Positions 1 through 12,131 of a stretch of 64,000 bases of DNA are shown one piece after another. The DNA is taken from the NCBI GenBank assembly GCA_951406725.2, contig OX597815.1, positions 80,352,001 through 80,416,000 on the forward strand. Direction: 5' to 3'. Both the position numbers and the translations under genes were made by a program. How positions within the stretch are numbered: position 1 is the first letter of the stretch; each line of letters starts with the position of its first letter. The notes beneath the pieces are model-generated. The model was given only the letters and a program-made list of their open reading frames with translations. It did no database searches and had not been told where the DNA came from. The DNA comes from Octopus vulgaris (taxonomy: Eukaryota).

Positions 1-140
1 CGTCTTTCACTATTGAATTGCTTAATAGAAGTTTTTGTTTCGATTATATACATATATTATATATTGTGAAACTTGATTTAGAATTGCTAAATTGAATTTT
101 TCCCTGTAAGTTTGGAATTATATTCCCTACTATTATTATA

Positions 141-176
<36 letters not shown>

Positions 177-242
177 TACTGAAGGTAGAAATTGATATCA
201 ATCAATTAACATCAATTTAAAACAGTGGTCTAGCATATTCAA

Positions 243-830
243 CAGATATGATTTGGGATGCAGAAGAGAAACTGTGTACAGTTGAAATGAAGCTGAAAAT
301 CATTGAAAAAGAGAATACCTACGCCGAACTATTGATTACTCTATCCAGATTACAAGTTCAGGTTTATACCTGTAATTATTGGAACCATGGGATATGTAAC
401 ACACTACCTAAGTACCTATCGTGAGAAATTAGGCTTCTCAAAGCCAGAAAGGAGAAAGCTAATTCGAAGTCTACAGGCCCAATCAATCAATCACTGGAAC
501 TGTAAAAATCTGTAAAATTTTCCAGAAGTTTATCATTTAAATATATATGAACATGTCTAGATTTGCAATTATATGCATGAGAATACATACATAAAAGAAA
601 ACATACAAATCTGCACATATACATACATGCATGCATACATACATACATACCTACCTACCTACCTACATACATACATACATATATACATACATACATACAT
701 ACGTACATACATACATACAAAAATACCATGATATTGATGTTGAAATTCGAATGAAGGAGCTTTAGATCTAAGTTAAAAACCTACACTTTCTCTATTGGTC
801 AAAAATCTTGTAATAAAACTGATTAATGAC
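243..830 (+). mobile_element. 3' end of an RLE-type (R4/Dong-like) non-LTR retrotransposon, decayed
   Basis: Broken translation gives DMIWDAEEKLCTV..KENTYAELL..YPDYKFRFIPVIIGTMGYV..EKLGFSKPERRKLIR..GTVKICKIFQKFII* (stop 538-540). This resembles the C-terminal restriction-like endonuclease of R4-clade elements. A 3' UTR with (CATA)n follows; a second copy lies at 27175-27660. Confidence 0.75.
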
Positions 831-1150
831 ATACATATAAGAATGTATCTGAGTAAGCATTATATGTATTCGTGTGTGTCATTGTGGAAGTTTCTGAAAT
901 AAAATTGCTAAATACAAACATAAATTCACGACGATATATTCTCATAAACTTAATGAAATAAACCACACACACAGATACACAGAGATACACATAAACACAC
1001 ACAGACACATACACACAGACACAGACACACACACACACACACATACATGCACAAACACACAAGCCTAAGCTACAATCCAAACACATATACTCACTGTATA
1101 CACAAAATTGTGCACATTCCATTTTTGTCATTATACAATCAAGTACGTAC

Positions 1151-1206
<56 letters not shown>

Positions 1207-1290
1207 GTATGTACGTATGTATGTATGTATGTATGTATGTATGTATGTATGTATAAATGTATGTATATATGTATGTATGTATGTATGTAT

Positions 1291-1532
1291 GTCGTTGCTA
1301 TTATGCAAAAGTAACGTATGTCCAAAAAGGTTTTTTTTCAGAAAGGGAAGAAATAATTTCAGCATTCCATATCAAAACCGTTGTACTACACTTTGACAAT
1401 TTTCATATTTTGGCATCTGAAACAGTTGAGATAGGATAGTTTGACTAAAAGGGCCGACTATTGCAAGCAAAAATAAATATTGAAAAAAAGATTTGGGATA
1501 AATTTGGACATACAACAGTTTAACGTAATAGC
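1291..1532. mobile_element. MITE of about 240 bp
   Basis: Imperfect terminal inverted repeats (gctattatgcaaaagtaacgtatgtccaaa / tttggacatacaacagtttaacgtaatagc). A homologous copy in opposite orientation lies at 21651-21940. Confidence 0.7.
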
Positions 1533-1700
1533 AAAGATGTATGTATGGATATATATATATATATATATATATATGTAAAAATATATAGATATAAATGTGC
1601 ATATAATATTCTTATAACTAGCTTCTCCTCATGCTCATGCTCATGCATAGAGATATATATGAATTTATGCATCCCTCTCCTTTTCTCTCTTTTCTCTCTT

Positions 1701-1758
<58 letters not shown>

Positions 1759-1768
1759 TGTATACTTG

Positions 1769-2170
1769 GTGGCACCTTGGGCAAGTGTCTTCTACTATAC
1801 CTTCGGCCCGACCAAAGATTTATGAGTGGATTTGGTAGACGGAAACTGAAAGAAGCCCGTCGTATATATATATATACGCATGTATGTATATATATATATA
1901 TGTATGTATGTGTGTGTGTATATATATACATATATATATACATATATGTATGTATTTGTTTGTCTATGCTTGTTCCTCCACTATCACTCGACAACCGATT
2001 TTGGTGTGTTTACGGCCCCGTGACTTAGCGGTTCGGCAAAACAGACCGATGGAGTATGTATTAGTCTTGCAAAGAATAATTCCCGGAGTCAATTTGTCTG
2101 ATTAAAGGCGGTGTTCCAGCATGGCCGCAGTGAAATAACTGAAACAAGTGAAACAATAAAAGAACAAGAA
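1769..2170 (+). mobile_element. tRNA-derived SINE family B (CORE-like), 5' truncated
   Basis: Carries accttgggcaagtgtcttctactat, an internal (TA)n/(TG)n tract and the tail ggcggtgttccagcatggccgcag; homologous to about nine copies in the window. Confidence 0.85.
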
Positions 2171-2589
2171 TATATATATATATACATACATACATACAGC
2201 CACACTGGTAACATATAAAAGAATCCAGCTCTTTCTATTCAGAAGGCTATGAATTATTATATTATTGCAATGTTTGGTTTTCTACTATTGCAGTAGATCC
2301 CGTTAAAAGAATCTTCGTTTGACTACGCCCAGAACATAATTTCAAACGTTAACCGATTCAAAATACCTTTAAACGTCACATTCAAATTCAACAGTAGATC
2401 CCTGTCATGAATGGTAATCAAATCTGTTGGAATGCAGTGGACAGACATTTTTTATCCCTTTTTTACGTATTTACTAACTATTTATTTGTATTCATTTTTT
2501 TCTTTTTTCGTATAGTTATTTATATAGTATTTCTTATTTAAAATGTTTGGCTTTATTTTTCCCCCATGGCATTTATTATTTGTATGGTC

Positions 2590-2686
2590 TTGTTGTTGCT
2601 GTTGTTGTTGTTGTTGTTGTTGTTGTTCTTGTTCTTGTTCTTCTTGTTCTTCTTCTTCTTCTTCTTCTTCTTCTTCTTCTTCTTCT

Positions 2687-2733
<47 letters not shown>

Positions 2734-2878
2734 ATCATCATCGTCGACGTCAATGTCGTGGTTGTTGTCTTCGTCGTCATCGACGTGGTCATCATCATCA
2801 TCGTCGTCATCGTCATCATCATCATCATCATCAGCATCATCATCATCATCATCGTCGTCATCGTCATCGTCGTCATCG

Positions 2879-2911
<33 letters not shown>

Positions 2912-2928
2912 CCATCATCATCATCATA
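2590..2928. repeat. Compound trinucleotide microsatellite (TTG)n-(TTC)n-(ATC/GTC)n
   Basis: Read directly; it accounts for the homopolymeric ORFs in all frames. Confidence 0.95.
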
Positions 2929-4029
2929 CTTTAGTCACTGGGATTCGTTTTCGGTTTCTTTGTCTAGTTCTGAATGACCTCGTTTCAGTTTTGTAGGTAT
3001 TTAGAATAAGATTATCCACTTTAAATATGAAAAAGAATTACAGATGTGAAAATGTAAAAACTAAAACGAAGAAAATAAATAAATCTATATTAACTTGCAA
3101 CATACAATCATAAAAGCATAAAATAAAAGAACAGAGTAAGGGTGACGGTGACGGCGACGACGATGATGTTAATGAAGATGATACCGATGATAATGACGAA
3201 TACGGTGTTGATGTTCATGATAAATTCGTTGATGATGACAATAGACGATCACAAATATAAAATTATTGAATTAAATTTAATAATATTCTAATCGTTGTTG
3301 TGGAGCATGGACAAACGATCTAAAATACTCAGTGTGGTAACTGAAGACGTTTCAAGTACCTGAATACTGTCCATTTGTCTTCGGCGATTGGCATGAAAGT
3401 TACACTCATGTTTTGAGCGCTACTAATAAGATTCCTCGCGGAAAAATCTAAGCACATTCTGTAATTACATCTGAGTAGCATTTCTAATTGTATTTAAAAG
3501 AAAAGCGGAAAAGAAGTCTAGATTTTTTGCTTCATATGAAGTAAGAAAGGCCTTACAAACTTCCTTAAATTAATAAATATCATTCGTGATTCTATCCAGT
3601 TAATTGCAGAAATAAATGAAAAGAAGCTTGTTTTTTTTTATTTGTTTTTGATTTTTAGACAGTCTGTTAATTAAGGAAAATGACTGTTAGAACCAATCTC
3701 TACTGCCAGGACACGGAGACACATCGTTATTTATTGTTTAGATCTTACCACCTATCTTATCTTAAAATGAAGTATCACATTCAATTTGCAAAAAACCCTC
3801 ATATATTCAATAATCACAGACTCAAATAGACGAAAGAGAGATGATTGATAGAAATAAGAATATTTCTTCAAGCACAAATATAACCTGGAATCTCGGCAAA
3901 TTATGTCATAACGCAGGCATACCTAATCTACCTAATCACTGTCTGACGGAGAAACCCTCAAAATAAACGGTAAAGACAAAAATACAAATACTTCATTTGT
4001 AGTTATCTATAATCCCAGAATCCATGATT

Positions 4030-4462
4030 CTTTTCTACTCTAGGCACAAGGCCTGAAATTCTGGGGGGAGGGGGCCAGTCGATTAGATCGACCCCAGTAC
4101 GTATCGACCCAGGGAGAATGAAAAGCAAAGTCGACCTAGGCGGAATTTGAACTCAGAACGTAAAAACAGACGAAATACCGCCAAACATTTCGCCCAGCAT
4201 GCTAACGTTTCTGCCAGTTCTAATGTTTCTTATTTCTTTATTGCCCACAAGGGGCTACACACAGAAGGGACAAACAAGGACAGACAACCGGATTAAGTCG
4301 ATTGTATCGACCCGAGTGTGTAACTGGTACTTTATTTATCGACCCCGAAAGGATGAAAGGCAAAGTCGACCTCGGCGGAATTCGAACCCAGAACGTAACG
4401 GCAGACGAAATACCGCTAAGCATTTCGCCCAGCATGCTAACGTTTCTGCCAGCTCGCCGCCT
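4030..4462 (-). mobile_element. tRNA-derived SINE family A, composite (dimeric) copy
   Basis: Reverse complement of ggcggcgagctggcagaaacgttagc...gtcgactttgcctttcatcctttcggggtcgataaa, present twice; similar layout to 47547-47882. Confidence 0.85.
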
Positions 4463-5261
4463 TCAAGTCAACTTCGGCTGAATTTGCCAGCTCGCCGCCA
4501 CCTTTCAGAATTCATAGTTCGACAAAACAATATATTTCAATTGTTACCAATAATAAAATCACAGGAAAACAAAGAATCACAAATTCTCATCAGCTGAAGA
4601 CAACGACCAAATCAATAGATTAGTAACAAAGGCAAATTCAGATCAGTGGAACAATTAGTGCTGGTAACAAAACGCGGAGAATTTTGTTGCGAGACACAGC
4701 AAGGAATTGATAGTTAATGCAAAAACAAAAATGTTCATTTCCTGCATGACATATTACAGTGCAACAAGAATTATATCGCCAAAATCACGATCAAAATTAA
4801 AATACCGGTTTTGGTTATATAAGCAACAGAACAAGGTCTTATATAAGCAACAGAACAGATCACTCTTAGAAATGATCGATATGGTGAATATCAAAGCTAT
4901 TTTGCTAACAGAAGATTTAAAAAGTCCTCTTTTTTTTTTTGAAAAAGAAAAAGAGGTGGGATGGGGGGAGGAAGATAACGATCAAATACGAATGGGAAAA
5001 GCAGAATGTTTTATGAAAATTTTAATCCGACTCTGAACACGAAATTGTCAACGCCGCCACAAAAATCAAATTCTTCTATCGCTTGTGTGAACGAAAATCT
5101 GTAACCAGTGAAAGAGCTTACACAATACGAAATATCTTTTAATGTAATAAATTTTCTTCAATTTAAGACAATCCTTCTTAAAATATTGTGGCTGTATTAT
5201 GAATTTCATACCTATTTATCTATCTATCTATCTATCTACTCACACACATACACACGCACAC

Positions 5262-5468
5262 ACGAAGGGGTACTGAAAAGTCCTTGGCTTTAAGGATATC
5301 GTGAAGGCTGGTCGGAGACCCAACCTACCGAGTTCTTTTATAGAGTTTAGAATAACTTAAGGAACACTGCAATAAGTGTGAGAATCTGAGAGGGGATTAG
5401 GTTGAATAAAATCAAAAATGACTGATCTCCCTTTTAACCAATGCCAGGAACTTTTTAGCACCTCCTCG

Positions 5469-5469
<1 letters not shown>
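5262..5469. mobile_element. mariner-derived MITE of about 205 bp
   Basis: Terminal inverted repeats cgaaggggtactgaaaagtccttgg / ccaggaactttttagcacctcctcg. Confidence 0.75.
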
Positions 5470-5506
<37 letters not shown>

Positions 5507-5543
5507 CATACATACATACATACATACATTCATACATGCATAA

Positions 5544-5608
<65 letters not shown>

Positions 5609-5614
5609 CATACA

Positions 5615-6047
5615 GGCTCAGGCATGGTTGTGTAGTAAGAAGCTTGCCACGTGGTTCCAGGTTCAGTCCCACTGTGTGATACCTTGTGCAAGTGTATTCT
5701 GCTATAGCCTTGGGCCGACCAAAGCCTTGTGAGTGGATTTGGTATGTATATATATATATATATATGTATGTATATATATGTGCATATATATATATATATG
5801 TATATATGTGTATATATATGTATATATGTATATATATATACATTATATATACATATGTTTATGTCAGTGCTTGTACCCCACCATCGATTGACAACCGAAG
5901 TTCGTGCGTTTACGTACCCATAACTTAGCGGTTCGTCATAAGAGACCAATAGAGTAAGTACTAGGATTACAAAATTAGTCTTGGGAATCGATTTATTCGA
6001 CGAAAGATGGTGCTCCAGCATGGCCGCAGGTTGAAACAAGTAAATAA
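5615..6047 (+). mobile_element. SINE family B, near full length
   Basis: tRNA-like head (A-box-like ggcatggttgtgtagtaag, B-box-like ggttcagtccc), core, internal microsatellite and the shared tail. Confidence 0.85.
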
Positions 6048-6055
6048 GCAATATC

Positions 6056-7100
6056 TTGGGTCATAATGCGGTTTTTGTATTCTTTAATTTTTCAAAATTA
6101 TGATAAAGTTCTTTTTTAATCTGAAATATACTATCCTCCATTTTCTGCAATGCTGTTCCATCTGTCTGGTAGACTTGCAAGGCCCCTCTTCTAAAATTCA
6201 CATCTCCGTGACCAAAATACTCCTCCAGTACTCTTCTGACCCCGTCTACCGGATTCGTATTTTTCCCGTCCAAATGATTTTGAGACACCAGAATAAATGA
6301 TAAACAAGATGAGGCAATATCCGTCGAATATAGTAGGTGGGGCATCGTTTCTCATTCACACTTGTCCTGCCTTTAGAATATCGTCCTTGCTGTATGTGTC
6401 CGAGCATTATCCTGATGGATGAACACCTTTCGTCTTGAAATCAAAGATGGTCATTTTTCTTCTAGCGCTGACTTAAACCGCTCAAGCTGCTCGTAGTAGA
6501 CCTCCTTTGTTATCATTTGGTTTGGGTTTAAAAGTTCAAAGTGGACGAAACCTTTCATATCCCACAAAACAGATAACAATACCTTACGTGAGTGAATACC
6601 TTCTTTAACCTGGGGTGTTGGTATTTCTAATTTCCCTACCCACTGTCTACGGCTCTTGAAACTTTCAAAGAGAACCCATTTCTCGTCACCAGTCACTATT
6701 CGGCCCAAAAATGTTCATTCGTGAGACGTGGCAGCAAAGAACACACATTCACTCTCTGCACGTGATTAGACTCGGACAGTTTGTGAGGTACCCATTGACC
6801 CAATTTTCTGACTTCTGCGATGGCACGCAAGTGTCGATTAATGGTTGAATTACCAAGCTTTTCTGCTAGTTCCTCGACAGTTACGATCGGAAATTCTGGA
6901 ACCACCATTGACACTGGCTTACACTTAATGTCCGATCCCATATATTGCATTCACACTTTCCGTTGCGTTGTTGCCTTCATTGAACTTATAAAGCAACATA
7001 TATCGAATATGTTCCTTTATCACTTCCATTATAGCTTTGAAAAAAAACCCTGTTAAAATCGAACTGCACTCTTCAACACCTGTACAAAGGATAAATACAA
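6056..7100 (-). pseudogene. mariner transposase relic, frameshifted
   Basis: Motifs WVPHKL, RIVTGDEKWV and KVLLSVLWDMKG occur in different frames; reverse-complement HQDNARTH lies near 6395-6420. Confidence 0.92.
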
Positions 7101-7285
7101 GGTAAAATTATTAGGCTGCTCTGAAAATAATGGCCGCTCTAAGTGTTGTGTTTTGAAATGCAATTCTATCATTGTATTTTAATTATATTTTAGGTGAATT
7201 TCGATATACTTAATAATTGATGTATGCTCTTTAATAATGTTCTACCTATTTCAGAAAGAAAACATTGTCGCCCTTAATTATGAAC

Positions 7286-8328
7286 ATGACAAAAAAAAGA
7301 CCTTCGCTTACTTTTCTTGCACGAGTTCAAGCTTGGGCACAACGCCTACCGGACTGCTGCCAATATCAACAGAGCATGGGGAGATGGGTCCACAAGTGAC
7401 CGCATATTATGAAGGTGGTTTCAGAAATTCCGTAGTGATGATGAGAGTCTTGAGGCTGACGAAAGAAGAGGGCGGTCATGCAGACTTGACAATGAACAAT
7501 TGAAAGAAATAGTTGAATAAAACCCACGTCAAAGTGTCAGAGAAGTGTCTCAGGCACTTGGTGTTGGTATTGCAACGATCTCACGCAATCTGCAGAAAAT
7601 TGGTAAGGTGAAAAATCACGATAAATGGGTACCGCATGAACTCAATGAAAATCAAAAAGTTCGGCGTTTTGAAGTGTCTTGACCGAATAGACACTTGTGA
7701 CGAAAAGTTGATGCTTTATGAAAACCGTAAACGATCATATCAATGGCTTGATCGTAATGAGTCCCCCCAAACATTTCCCAAAGCCAAAGTTACTTCAGCA
7801 AAATATTATGGTAGCTGTCTGGTGGTCTGCAATTGGTGTTGTCCATTGAGGTTCTCTGGAAGTCATTATAGCCGAGGTTTACTGCATTAAACTCACTGAA
7901 ATGCACGGTCACTTGCAAAAAAGGAGACCTGCATTGGTGAATCGGCGTGACTCAATTCTGCTCCACGATAATGCAAAGCCACATGTAGCAAGAATGAAGC
8001 TGCAGAAGCTCACAGACTTGGAATACGAAAATTTACCACATCCTCAATATTCTCCTGATCTTTCACCCACTGACTACCATTTTTTAAAGCATTTATACAC
8101 GTTTTTAAGTGATAACCCTTTTAGGTCCAAGCCAGAAGTGGAATCCGCTTTCAAACATTTCTTAGCATCAAAGCCTGTAATTTTTTATAAATAATCTCGT
8201 TGATCGATGGTAGAGATGCATAGATGTTCACGGCTCATACTTTGACTAATCAAAATATTTCTATTGTTAATTTTTCCACAATAAACTATGCTTCTGAAAT
8301 CGGCGGTTGTCTTCGGAACAACCTAATA
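7286..8328 (+). pseudogene. mariner transposase relic (cecropia/Hsmar1-like) with right terminal repeat
   Basis: LFLHEFKLGHNA..RWFQKFRS..WVPHELNENQK, TCDEK, LLHDNAKPH and YSPDLSPTDYH are present, with stops and frameshifts. Ends in ggaacaacctaaTA. Confidence 0.93.
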
Positions 8329-8484
8329 CTACCTGCTTTTATAGCAAGTTGATGAAGGTACTTTATCTCGCCGCCACCAACTTTTAGTTCATGCAATTGA
8401 AAAATCTGCATTATTTAAGCGATGACCAAATAGTACATGCATACATACATATATACATTCAAACAAACAAACAAACAAACAAAC

Positions 8485-8600
8485 AAAAATACCCTGTTGT
8501 TGATGTTGAACATCCAATGAAGGAACCTTGGATCTAGGTTAGAAACCGGTTCTTTCTCTATTGGTAAGAAATCTTGAAATAAACTGAATAATGACATAAA
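8485..8600 (+). mobile_element. Isolated 3' UTR of the R4-like element
   Basis: Homologous to 720-830 and, in reverse, to 27175-27280; flanked by CATA/CAAA repeats. Confidence 0.75.
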
Positions 8601-8648
8601 TACACATACATACATTATACATACATACATACATACATATATATATAC

Positions 8649-8687
<39 letters not shown>

Positions 8688-8698
8688 TAAATAAATAA

Positions 8699-8744
<46 letters not shown>

Positions 8745-8745
<1 letters not shown>

Positions 8746-9626
8746 GAGATAGGGGTTGAAAATTCAACCCACCATGAGATAACATATATCCAATATACTG
8801 CTAGAGAGGTACCCAACAAGACTAATACATAAATGTTAAAAATTGCCAAGCAATTAGTTCATCTACTGTATTATATGGGCAAAGGTAAAAATATTACCGT
8901 AAATTAATACTACAAAATTAGAAAATGGAGAAACATTACTTAAATCAATCAAACATCAACCATCAGATGATACCCAAACAATACTTTATTACACCATTAC
9001 ATAACAGTAAAGGCATTATACAAAATATATTGTAAATATAATTAGACAAGGATATAGAAATATAAAATATAAAATATAAAATATAATATGTAATTATATC
9101 ATATCTGACAGCTGTTTCGGCAATAAGGGCAAGCATGCCTCATTTAACCTATAAGCCATATAAGGCAGGTATAAATGAGACATTAACAAGGATGCCCCAC
9201 GGCCTCTTCAGAGAATTTAATAAATTATAATTGTGAAAAAATTATTTTTTCCATATACATATAAATATAAAAATGTAAAATATAAAAACGTGTGCATAGA
9301 CACCATAATACTACACATATATATATATTCATTAATACAATAATACAAGATAAACAAAACAAAATAAAACAAAATATATATCAATATATATTAATAAGCA
9401 CAGTTATTCTACATATTGAGCTAATATTTCTAAAAACTACCACACAGGAAAATATATGCACACTCACATTTAAATTAAAATCAGACTTCCTTGTCTAATT
9501 ATATTTACAATATATTTTGTATAATGCCTTTACTGTTATGTAATGGTGTAATAAAGTATTGTTTGGGTATCATCTGATGGTTGATGTTTGATTGATTTAA
9601 GTATGTTTCTCCATTTTCTAATTTTG

Positions 9627-9628
<2 letters not shown>
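8745..9628 (-). mobile_element. Non-autonomous PLE-like element with inverted partial LTR, in (TA)n
   Basis: Near-perfect inverted arms at 8911-9052 and 9488-9628, an internal HHR, and (TA)n on both sides; homologous to 55481-56310. Confidence 0.75.
9104..9214 (-). ncRNA. Type I hammerhead ribozyme with long stem II
   Basis: Minus strand: UCU-CUGAAGA-GGC...GCC-GAAA-CAGCUG-UC-AGA. The core is intact, stem III is the palindrome ACAGCUGU, and the cleavage triplet is GUC. Confidence 0.8.
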
Positions 9629-9679
<51 letters not shown>

Positions 9680-9683
<4 letters not shown>

Positions 9684-9818
9684 AGATAAGAAAATGGAGA
9701 AATACATCTAAATCAAAATCATTAACATTTATGTATTAACTTTGTTGGGTACTTCACTAGCAGTATATTGGATATATATTATCCCATGGAGGGTTGCATT
9801 TACAACCCCTATCTCAAT

Positions 9819-9820
<2 letters not shown>
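9680..9820. mobile_element. Short rearranged copy of the 8745/55481 PLE-like family
   Basis: tacaagataagaaaatggagaaatacatctaaatc is joined to the reverse complement of the family's tail (…acaacccctatctca); flanked by (TA)n. Confidence 0.7.
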
Positions 9821-9861
<41 letters not shown>

Positions 9862-10069
9862 TAGACACCACATATATAATTGTATAGGCACAGACCCACA
9901 GAAACTCTCACGCGCGCACACGATATAGGTATTTAAATGTGCAGTGACATATACACATGTATTTATAAAAGGACATATCTGTAATTGTGAGCAATTGTAT
10001 TCACAGGTTTGCGAAATTATTTTCTGAGAAAACAAAAAAAAAAACAAAAAAAAACATTATTTTACATTC

Positions 10070-10200
10070 GAAAGATATTTGTCCTCATCTTGTTTGTTGT
10101 TAACACAAAGTTTCGGATGATATACACTCCAGCCTTCTTCTGGTATCTTGGGGGAAATTTCGAACCTGGTTTCTCATTCCTAAGGTATTTTTCGATGTTA
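10070..10200 (-). mobile_element. PLE pseudo-LTR segment with degenerate HHR
   Basis: Inverted homologue of 10598-10700 and homologue of 63855-63985. Minus strand reads AUAC-CAGAAGA-AGGCUG..CAUCC-GAAA-CUUU-GUGU. Confidence 0.7.
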
Positions 10201-10220
10201 TAAAAATAATAATTATTATT

Positions 10221-10295
10221 CAGGTCACTGCCTAGAATCGAACTCGGAATCTTGGGGTTAGCAGCCAGCGCTCTTAAATACTACGCCATATGCCC
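10221..10295 (-). other. tRNA-derived Pol III head (pseudo-tRNA)
   Basis: GGGCATA-TGGCGTAGTAT (A-box-like)..CTGCTAA loop..GAGTTCGATTC (B box). The acceptor and anticodon stems are imperfect, so it is not a functional tRNA. Confidence 0.7.
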
Positions 10296-10344
10296 ATGTG
10301 CCGCTTTTTTTAGTTTTCGTATTTTCCAGTGGTGTTCTCTGTCT

Positions 10345-10585
10345 ATTATTTTAACTTCGTCTCACAGAGAGAAGTGGTCTCTATTTTTCCATACATGATC
10401 AGCTATACCCGATTTATCAATATCTCCTCGTGTCACAGCTTTGCGATGTTCGTCTACCCTTATTTTGAAGGGGCGGCATGTTTCGCCTTTGTATAACCTA
10501 CCACAGCTACATGGGATGGAGCACACGCAGTCTTTGGTCATATTCTCTTTTGTTGGTGGTTTTACTCGAAGAAGATATTTGCAGT
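10345..10585 (-). pseudogene. PLE GIY-YIG endonuclease fragment (Penelope/Poseidon-like)
   Basis: KDCVCSIPCSCGRLYKGETCRPFKIRVDEHRKAV..KSGIADHVW matches the PLE pattern VYxIPCxCGxxYIGETxRxxxxRxxEH. Confidence 0.85.
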
Positions 10586-10610
10586 GTTGTATAATATAAA
10601 TTTCCCCAAG

Positions 10611-10654
10611 ATACCTGAAGAAAGCTGGAGGGTATATCAGCCGAAACGCTGTGT
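10611..10654 (+). ncRNA. Hammerhead motif, partly degenerate, in inverted pLTR arm
   Basis: AUAC-CUGAAGA-AAGCUG-gaggguauau-CAGCC-GAAA-CGCU-GUGU; the conserved U16.1 is mutated in this copy. Confidence 0.6.
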
Positions 10655-11339
10655 TAACAACAAACAAGATGAGGACAAATATCCGTACATTGTAAATAAT
10701 GTAACTAATGTACATAATTCCTCATCTCTTAAATATAGAACTGTACAACAAAATGAGTTGAGAAGCGCCTTAAAAGGCGATTATTGCAAAATATATTGGA
10801 TCGATTCTCTTCAGAACTTAAGTATATTAGAAGATGAAAATTATATTTTTATCAAAAGTATCAATTAATTTTTGGTCTAGAATTAAGTTTACGCTATCCC
10901 CATCCTTCGGTTTATAGAAAATTATATAGCGTTTCGTCTTACGTTAGATTCATACAATCTTATCTTTCTATGTATCTATCTGTCTAATTATTTGTACATG
11001 TCTGCGTATTTATCTTACTCATATCATTCAACTAAGATATTATATGTCTCCTTAAGTAAAGGAAAATAAATATTAAAAATGCTTGAATAAAAACTAAAAA
11101 TAAAATGGAAGATTCATGAAACTTAAAGGACAGATCATATGAAAATCCTTCATGTGAAAAGATCACTAATGACAGGACTCTCATCAATGCACTCTCCTCC
11201 CTCCCATCTTCCGCTTCATTGTCATCGTCTTCCTCTTCCTTTTAATTATCATCATCGATGTCATCTTTATATCATGAAAATCATTATCGTCATTATAAAT
11301 AATCATTGCGATCACGATAATTATGTTCAAAACGATGTT

Positions 11340-11362
11340 CATGATGACCATCATCGTCGTCG

Positions 11363-11412
<50 letters not shown>

Positions 11413-11610
11413 GTCGTCGTCGTCGTCGTCGTCGTCGTCTTCGTCGTCATCATCGTCATAATCCTTAACAACATCAGCAACAGCAGCAGCAAGAATTGCA
11501 GCAGCAGTATCATTATCATAACCATCGCTGTCGACGTCATCGTTATCGTAGTCATCATCATCATCATTATCATCATTAACAACTACAGCAACTATATAAT
11601 CATTATCTTT
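11340..11610. repeat. Compound (ATC)n/(GTC)n/(AGC)n microsatellite
   Basis: Read directly. Confidence 0.9.
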
Positions 11611-11849
11611 TAAAGCAATAACGCTAGCTACTACAATAATATCAACAAAAGCACCTGCTGCTCCTCAAAGAGAAATATTATTGTTATTGTAAGCGCTGAC
11701 ATTATCTTGCAACCCTTCAACTTTTTGCTTTTTTTTACACTAGTGTGTGTGTGTGTGTGTGTGTGTGTATCTGTATAGGTGTGGGTGTATACTATACATG
11801 CGTGTATACATGTGTGTGTGTGTCTATATGTATAATATTATAAAAGAGG

Positions 11850-11945
<96 letters not shown>

Positions 11946-12046
11946 TGTATATATATATGTTTATATATATATATGTGTGTGTGTGTGTATGATGGATTTT
12001 CTCATCGTGAACGACAAATGTGTGTTCAGTAAAATAAAGCTGTAAT

Positions 12047-12131
<85 letters not shown>

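Noticed and set aside
10221-10295. Functional tRNA-Ser(GCT) gene
   Set aside because: Acceptor and anticodon stems do not pair fully, there is no long variable arm, and it is embedded in a repeat.
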